Shown: positions 57,951 to 64,000 of the stretch, piece by piece
Layout of the letters: every line of letters starts with the position of its first letter
Numbering within the stretch: the stretch's first letter is position 1
Assembly: GCA_965207225.1 (NCBI GenBank)
Contig: CBDBLV010000005.1
Coordinates: 1,792,001 to 1,856,000, forward strand
Source of the DNA: Dehalococcoidia bacterium
GTDB taxonomy: Bacteria; Chloroflexota; Dehalococcoidia; Plut-88900
Direction of reading: 5' to 3'
DNA length: 64,000 nucleotides
Notes under the pieces: model-generated
What the model was told of the DNA's origin: nothing
Database searches by the model: none
What the model saw: only the letters and a program-made list of their open reading frames with translations
Position numbers and translations under genes: made by a program

Positions 57951-58212
57951 ACGGAACGGGGGAGACGTAGGCTGAGGCACTGTCAAATCTTCCGTTTATC
58001 AACCCCTCCACATCACACTACGAGAATGGCGAGCCCTCGGTGTACCGGCACGCCACCGAGCCACATCTCGAAGGTGGTAGCATCCACCGCAAGCGGTGAT
58101 GGCCCGTCCTTGCACGATATGGGCTCAGTGGACCGGGCAGACATCCATTCTGGTAGCCATCAGTATTGATGCCGTAAGCCCTTATTCATGCATCCATGAG
58201 CAGGTGAACAAG

Positions 58213-59229
58213 GTGACTGATACTACTACTAGCTACTACGATCTGAGCGTTGAGGATACCTGGATAGAGTACCTTAGAACCAGGTTGCCGTACTCCTTCA
58301 ATCGCATAGAAGTGAAGGGAAACGGTCAATCTAGACACTTCGTGCTGTCGGAACCTGTACTACTAACGGATTTCAATGCAGCTGAACGCCACAATTTTTG
58401 GAGACGCGGAAACGTCTACTACATGTCGGGAAAACTCTTGGACTACTATTCGATGTCTGAAGTCGGCCGAGGCTATCGAATGGCAGAGGTCATGCAACTT
58501 CTAACAGACTCCGGCATTTCGCCGTACAGGTGGCCCACCAATGCATTTGCCTTCTACAACTCGATGCAAATGGAGAAGGTCTGGGGATTTGCGCAAGCTA
58601 ATCATCTTGACAGAGAACGGGTGATGATGACAAACCTCATACTGGCAATAGAATTGTGTCTGAAGGCAGTTGTGACTCATGCCACCTTTCATAAGACGGG
58701 CACCTTCAGATTCGACGCGGGGCACGACGTTGCCAAGCTATACGAAGCCCTGCCCGATTCACTCCGAGACGAAGTAGCCGCGGAGTCCGAGGTGTTCGCC
58801 GAGGAGTACGTGGCATTCAGGGCAAATGTGGAGACCGACATCCGGCGAATCTATGGTCGGCGTCCCTCGCCGCAACATGCCCATCCCAATAGAAAAGAGC
58901 AAGCTGAAGCTGAATGGAGAGAGTTGGCAGAAAGAATTAGGGAGAGTACCTACACGGCCTTCGTGAACAGCAACGATCCTGGCGCGGATAACAAGTACCT
59001 GCACCAAGGTTGGTTCGAGGAAGCCCTGCATCAAGTGAAGCTGGTCAAGAACCCTGGAGACATCAGCCAATACTTTCGGTATGCACCCCACAAGGATAAG
59101 GACGAGCTGCCCACAGACCTCATACATTGGATCCTTCTGTTGGGCCGCTTCATGTACGAGCACCTCTTTCCGGTGCCACGGTCGGACAATGGGCCTTATT
59201 CAGAGTTTCCCGGGTCGGCTAGTGGCTGA
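58213..59229 (+). CDS. HEPN-like domain protein (start uncertain, GTG 58204/58213)
   Basis: AIELCLKA...GHDVAKLY...RY pattern; lower GC than flanks. Confidence 0.65.
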   Translation: MTDTTTSYYDLSVEDTWIEYLRTRLPYSFNRIEVKGNGQSRHFVLSEPVLLTDFNAAERHNFWRRGNVYYMSGKLLDYYSMSEVGRGYRMAEVMQLLTDSGISPYRWPTNAFAFYNSMQMEKVWGFAQANHLDRERVMMTNLILAIELCLKAVVTHATFHKTGTFRFDAGHDVAKLYEALPDSLRDEVAAESEVFAEEYVAFRANVETDIRRIYGRRPSPQHAHPNRKEQAEAEWRELAERIRESTYTAFVNSNDPGADNKYLHQGWFEEALHQVKLVKNPGDISQYFRYAPHKDKDELPTDLIHWILLLGRFMYEHLFPVPRSDNGPYSEFPGSASG

Positions 59230-59569
59230 AGGCTAGTTGTCCCAGACGACCCAAGACCGTCACCCTCTCACTGCCCCAACAAAAGGAATCGCAGGCTCGT
59301 TAGGTGTTGAAGGAGAACCACCCATCCATAAGCGAGTTGTTTAGACAGGTCATCCTTACCTACAGGTTCAGAACGAAGCTCAAGCTGGATGCTCTTCATT
59401 TTGTCGAGTCTGGTGTGGGTACGGGCGTACCGAACTACGAGCTCCGGCTCATAGGCCCCCGAGCCACATCTCGAAGGCGGTGCCAGCTACCGTCCATTTA
59501 GGCCCACCAAGAGCCTGGACGGGTTAGAGTGTAGCCGCGTCCCATACGGGGCAGTCCGGTCGAAGGTAG

Positions 59570-59953
59570 CTAGGTCTGCATTATCTGGACCAGATTGCCG
59601 CAGGTGTCGTCAAAGACCGCAATAGTGACGTTGCCCATTTCTGTCGGCTCCATCGTAAAGGCTACGCCCAGGGACTTCAGTTTCTCATATTCTGCGCGGA
59701 TGTCCGTAACGCCAAAGGACGCTGCCGGGATGCCCTGCTCAAATAGCCCTTTCTGATATGCCTGTGATACCGGGTTTGCATCTGGTTCAAGCAGAAGCTC
59801 GGTCCCATCCGGGTCGTCGGGCGAGACGACGGTAAGCCACTTGAATTCCCCCACAGGGACGTCGTGCTTCTTCACAAAGCCGAGGGTTTCCGTGTAGAAC
59901 CTCAAAGCTTTGTCCTGGTCACTTACGAAAACGCCGGTGAGAATAATGCGCAT
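59570..59953 (-). CDS. VOC/glyoxalase family protein
   Basis: VSDQDKAL.FYT..LGF, WLTVVSP, FDDTCGNL. Confidence 0.92.
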   Translation of the reverse strand: MRIILTGVFVSDQDKALRFYTETLGFVKKHDVPVGEFKWLTVVSPDDPDGTELLLEPDANPVSQAYQKGLFEQGIPAASFGVTDIRAEYEKLKSLGVAFTMEPTEMGNVTIAVFDDTCGNLVQIMQT

Positions 59954-59980
59954 ATCTGGCCTCCTTTTCTTTTTGTAGTG

Positions 59981-60253
59981 TCACTTGAGCCATCGGTCCA
60001 TGACAGCCCTGAGGGGTTTATCGTTGAAGACAAGCATCCGATACTTGCCGCGCTTCTCTGAGCTTACGAGCCCCGCTTGTTCCAGGAGATCAATGTGCTT
60101 GGCCAGGGCCTGTCGGGAGATGGCGACGTTGTGACGCATGATCAAGCGCGCCGTGAGTTCGTAGAGCGTCTGCTCCTTGCGCTCAGAGAACTCGTCCAGC
60201 ATCAACCTCCGTATTGGATCCGCGAGTGCCCTGAAGACCTGGTCTTTATGCAT
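59981..60253 (-). CDS. ArsR/SmtB family regulator
   Basis: VFRALADP.RR..L, SRQA..KH..LLE.AGLV. Confidence 0.9.
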   Translation of the reverse strand: MHKDQVFRALADPIRRLMLDEFSERKEQTLYELTARLIMRHNVAISRQALAKHIDLLEQAGLVSSEKRGKYRMLVFNDKPLRAVMDRWLK

Positions 60254-60261
60254 GGACGCAT

Positions 60262-60291
60262 ACGATACGCAACCATAGGGTTGCATGTCAA
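60262..60291 (-). promoter_or_regulatory. Promoter with ArsR-type operator
   Basis: TTGACA-N18-TATCGT enclosing palindrome GCAACC-ATAG-GGTTGC (60269-84). Confidence 0.65.
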
Positions 60292-60511
60292 GGGGCGATC
60301 CCACAGGCCGGCAGGAACCACATCCCCAGCCAGTCGCAGGAGTGCATATAGCGAACTCTCAGCCAAAGGTTGGCGGTACAGGACACGTCGGCCCACCCGA
60401 AGAGAGGCCCGGACTCTCGGTCATGATAGTGGTCCCGGGGCTCACAGCCCGCCGAGCCAAATCTCAAGGACGGGTCTGTCTACCCATGCACGTTGGCGAA
60501 GACGTCGAAAT

Positions 60512-60856
60512 CTAGCCCTGTTGCGAATTTCCGGCGCTGGCCGGATGTGCACCTTGCGCACTGTCCCCCACGGGCTCAAGGCGCAGCCTCAGCCCCAATG
60601 CGGTTGTGACCTTCAACAGGGTTGCCAGGGTAGGGTTGCCGCCGTCAGACAGCGCCTCGTAAAGGTTGCCGCGGTTTAGACCGGTGTTGCGGGCGAGAGC
60701 GCTCATGTTGTGCGTCTGAGCGACATACCTAAGCACTGCCCGAATCACCGCACCGTCACCAGTGTCTTCCTCCGCAGCCGCGCGGAGAAGTCGTCGGAAA
60801 TCCTCTTCGGTCTTTACATAGTCCGCTGGGTCAAATCTTCGATATTCTTCAGACAT
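60512..60856 (-). CDS. Addiction module antidote (HTH, HigA-like)
   Basis: FDPADY, MS.LAR.TGL.R.NLY.ALS..GNP.LAT; TAATG overlap. Confidence 0.88.
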   Translation of the reverse strand: MSEEYRRFDPADYVKTEEDFRRLLRAAAEEDTGDGAVIRAVLRYVAQTHNMSALARNTGLNRGNLYEALSDGGNPTLATLLKVTTALGLRLRLEPVGDSAQGAHPASAGNSQQG

Positions 60857-61152
60857 TAGCCCCTCCATTCCGTCGCCATTCTCTTGGCCCGTTCGATGTC
60901 TCGCCGTTGGCTGTCCTTGTCACCGCCGCATAACAGGATGATTAGTTCGGCTTCTCGCGTGATGAAGTAGATTCGGTATCCAGGCCCGTACTGAATCCTC
61001 ATCTCGGATACGCCGCCACCTACAGGTCTCACGTCTCCGAGATGCCCGTCTTCGGCTGCCAGCAGTCTAGCGATTATGCGATTTACAGCCTGGTAGTCTC
61101 GCAGCCTGCTCAACCACCGGTCGAAGGTCGCGCTTCTCAGGACCGTGTACAT
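60856..61152 (-). CDS. Addiction module killer (RelE/HigB-like toxin)
   Basis: F..WL..LRD, GD..PVG.GVSEMRI.YGPGYR.Y, LLCGGDK.SQ..DI. Confidence 0.92.
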   Translation of the reverse strand: MYTVLRSATFDRWLSRLRDYQAVNRIIARLLAAEDGHLGDVRPVGGGVSEMRIQYGPGYRIYFITREAELIILLCGGDKDSQRRDIERAKRMATEWRG

Positions 61153-61160
61153 GGTTCTAT

Positions 61161-61178
61161 TGTACGATATATCGTACA
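61161..61178. promoter_or_regulatory. Perfect 18-bp palindrome, probable TA operator
   Basis: TGTACGATATATCGTACA overlapping minus-strand TACAAT 6 bp before the toxin ATG. Confidence 0.75.
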
Positions 61179-61501
61179 GCGCTGTGCAATGAATTCAAGT
61201 GTGGAGGACGCAATGGCAACGCTTTCCGCCCCCAATGCCTCCTTGTCAGCATGGCGGGGAATTGCCCGATGGTCCTACAGCCGGGCCTCCCAGCGGAGAG
61301 TTCGCAGCCCACAGCCCTATTGAGCGAGGTTGATTGAAAGAGGTGTCGATTGCTCCATAGGCGGGCATAGCCACATCTCAAGAATGGCATCGTATACCGC
61401 CCCCTCAGCTTCACCACGTACCTAATGAGGGGATGACCGCGCTGCTGCCGTAATGACCGGCCAGCGTCCAGACCGGTGACCTGGTTGACCTCTCCCCGAG
61501 G

Positions 61502-61927
61502 TTAGTCTTCTAACATGTAGGCGCCCGTTTCCCAAACCTTCTCATCGCCGCCCGGGGCCCAGTTTACGATGATGGCTCTCAACGGTTCTTCGCTGGTCAC
61601 CCGCATTGCGTGCGACATACTGGGAGGGCAAAAGGTCACTGTTCCAGGTCCGGCATTAAAGGTCTCGTCTCCCCACTCACATTCGGCGGTCCCACTCAGG
61701 ATGATGTAGATCTCGGGCCTGAGGTGGGCGTGGGCGCCATAGTATGTCCCGGGCTCCAGCATGAACGCCGTAGCTGCAATATCCCTGGCTGCTATACCCC
61801 CGTCCCGGCCGATAAGCGGCTTCGAGTACATCGCCTTCAACAACTCTTTGGGGTAGTTGCTGTACGAAGAGAAATTTTCGAGCTCATAGTCCTTGATGTA
61901 GTACTTGCCTTTTTTCTCAGTTGCCAT
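61502..61927 (-). CDS. Cupin domain protein (DMSP-lyase-like cupin)
   Basis: PG..Y.AH.H..PEIY.ILSG.A...GD, PG.....P....HAM; AAGGAG RBS. Confidence 0.82.
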   Translation of the reverse strand: MATEKKGKYYIKDYELENFSSYSNYPKELLKAMYSKPLIGRDGGIAARDIAATAFMLEPGTYYGAHAHLRPEIYIILSGTAECEWGDETFNAGPGTVTFCPPSMSHAMRVTSEEPLRAIIVNWAPGGDEKVWETGAYMLED

Positions 61928-62489
61928 CTTTAAACTCCTTGACGGGTGCTGCCGTCTCTTCGGAAACGCTGCCTTAGGTGGCGGGCATTGCTAATGGTAC
62001 ACCTGAAGGGCGGGGCAAGACAGTGCGTAGAGAGCGTACCTCTGGTCTGCCTGTCGTGACTGTATGACAACCTGAATGGACCAGGTTCAAATGAAGTCAA
62101 GGATGACGGTAATTTTGACTTGACAAGTCGGCTTAATGGAATGGATGACAGCGCCTGATTGCCTTCCCTGCGCCTCTGATATACTGCCTGGCATGTTCAC
62201 GGGCATGTTCAGATCGCTGAAGATGTTGTGGAAGTACCCCGAACCCTGGAACGTTCGGCTTTCGCTGTTTTCCCAAAATGTGCTCACAAAGATCCGCCGT
62301 CGGAGCCGATGCTGTGGGAACCTGGGGCAACCGGGATGCTGAGTGGAGGCTAATGGGGCCCTCGGTGAGGGCCACCCGCCACACAGGCACTAGCCAAGAC
62401 TTCATTGCGCTGCGAATTCCTGCCAATCGACCCTTGGGATAGTATGCACGCCGATCAGCGGTTAGTGCTTCCACGGGAGGACTCTCATA

Positions 62490-63707
62490 GTGATAGATGG
62501 TCGGGCCTTAGCGGAGGCGGAGGGCTGGGGGCCGCCGTTCCCCCTTGCTGAATATAAGGGGCGAGTCGAAAAAGTCCGAGAAGAAATGACTCGCAGGGGG
62601 ATTGACGTCCTGCTTGTCTCTTCCCCGCCCAATATCACCTACCTGACGGGCTATGACATGATCTGGTACTACCTGACCAGTCCGGTGAGCGTAGCGCTGC
62701 ACGCAGACTCGGGTCAGACGTGCTTCTTCGAGGTCCCATACCATCGACCAACCGTCGAATGGCATGCCGTCGTGGACGACGCCGTATTGTTCGGGGAAGG
62801 ACAATCGCCGGTCGAGGACATTGCCAGCGAGCTGAAGGCGCGAGGCTGGCTAAAAGGCAACGTGGGTGTGGAGGACTGGAGTCGGGCGCCGGGGGGAGTG
62901 GTAATCAACCAGATAAAGCAGTCGTTTTCTGACGCCGGGGCCAACGTAGTTGACGGGTCCTGGGTTGTGGACAGAGTGAGGTTAATCAAGTCCAAGGCGG
63001 AAATCGAGGTAATGAATAAGGCGGCGTCGATAGCCGATACGGCGATGGAGACGGTAAAGGAGGCCATTCGGCCTGGAGTAACCGAGATAGAGTTAGCGGG
63101 GGTGGTTCTGCAGGCGATGATGAGGGCGGGAGGGGGAGACCCGGCAATTCGTGCGGCAGTCAGGTCGGGGCCGCGCTTTGCTGCGCGACATTGCGCCCCG
63201 AGCCACAGAAAGTTGAAGATGGGCGACCTTGTATGGATCAATCACTGCGGCTCATATCACCGCTACCACGTGGATCTGGGTCGGCTATTTTCGCTGGGAG
63301 AGCCATCGGCGAACTGGCGAGACCTTATGAACAAGACCTGCGGAAGCGTTGATTACGTGAAAGAGAGGGTGAGGCCGGGGGACTCGACGGGGGTGGTCCA
63401 GAGGGCGATGGACGAATACATCAACTCGGTGGGCCTTCGTCAGTATGCCGCATACATCAGCGGTTACAACATGGGCATCGCCATTCCACCGGACTGGGTG
63501 GGGCACACATTTATAGACCCGGAGGCGGGATTCGAGACTGCGCGCTATGATCCGGGCATGATTACCAACTACGAGAACCTGTTCACGGTGTTGGACCCTG
63601 TCTGGGCCGGGGGCACGGGCGGGGGTTTCATAGAGACGATACTTATGACCAATGAGGGACTGGAGGTGCTTTCTAAGCTGGACAGGAACGTTACGGTTAT
63701 CGAATGA
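62490..63707 (+). CDS. M24 Xaa-Pro peptidase/creatinase family (ectoine hydrolase-like)
   Basis: PF...EY..R, NI.YLTGY, R.IKS.AEI, YHRYH, GY..GI..PPDW. Confidence 0.85.
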   Translation: MIDGRALAEAEGWGPPFPLAEYKGRVEKVREEMTRRGIDVLLVSSPPNITYLTGYDMIWYYLTSPVSVALHADSGQTCFFEVPYHRPTVEWHAVVDDAVLFGEGQSPVEDIASELKARGWLKGNVGVEDWSRAPGGVVINQIKQSFSDAGANVVDGSWVVDRVRLIKSKAEIEVMNKAASIADTAMETVKEAIRPGVTEIELAGVVLQAMMRAGGGDPAIRAAVRSGPRFAARHCAPSHRKLKMGDLVWINHCGSYHRYHVDLGRLFSLGEPSANWRDLMNKTCGSVDYVKERVRPGDSTGVVQRAMDEYINSVGLRQYAAYISGYNMGIAIPPDWVGHTFIDPEAGFETARYDPGMITNYENLFTVLDPVWAGGTGGGFIETILMTNEGLEVLSKLDRNVTVIE

Positions 63708-64000
63708 CCGGCAGGGTTGTACCTCTGCAAGTATCACTACACGCGATCTCGGGCCTTCCTCTACAAAGCACTCCTCACTCGATATCAGATTAACCCTTTT
63801 AGTCCAGGAAGCGTCTGACACGTTATAATTACGTTATAGTTGTAATCCAACTTTACCGTAGGCAATACGATAGCTAGATAAGAAAACATTGCCCAAAACA
63901 ATGAATCAGGTTGACAGGGATTTGTGAGTGCTATTCCGGAAGGTGTAGTATACGTGCGTTATAGACCTGTTATAGTGCGTGACCTATGATTTGTGACACT

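Noticed and set aside
58050-58075. Resemblance to a group II intron 3' end or tRNA att site
   Set aside because: No domain V, no reverse transcriptase and no tRNA T-arm/CCA; only a recalled short similarity
62087-62474. Short overlapping ORFs between cupin and M24 genes
   Set aside because: No recognisable motifs or RBS; may be a decayed fragment but cannot be supported

Overview
GC-rich bacterial chromosome segment with no rRNA, tRNA or CRISPR array detected. The gene content (three luciferase-like flavin monooxygenases, four amidohydrolases, CaiB CoA-transferase, molybdopterin oxidoreductase, MmgE/PrpD) suggests SAR202/Dehalococcoidia (Chloroflexota). The FN3 and Calx-beta-like surface proteins hint at a host-associated, sponge-type symbiont. 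Both assignments are inference. 1-39.6 kb is catabolic core containing three TA loci with dead or missing toxins, REP-like palindromes, a repeat-bearing orphan ORF, a chimeric antiporter and a ppx + twin thymidylate-kinase-like operon. From 39.66 kb an accessory region starts: IS1182, IS21, a decayed ICE-like segment with a 4xHTH protein, a ~3000-aa adhesin, an aspartic protease pair, a HEPN protein and an intact TA pair. Best leads: (1) a C10 tract that puts the adhesin's RBS-linked ATG out of frame (candidate phase-variation switch); (2) a recurring hairpin+promoter module at 12.2/13.8/24.7 kb with a compensatorily varying stem; (3) ppx with paired TMK-fold kinases, one with a K-to-R P-loop; (4) a 74-bp gene-end duplication flanking a solo hicB. 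All family calls come from motif recognition by eye; no searches were run.
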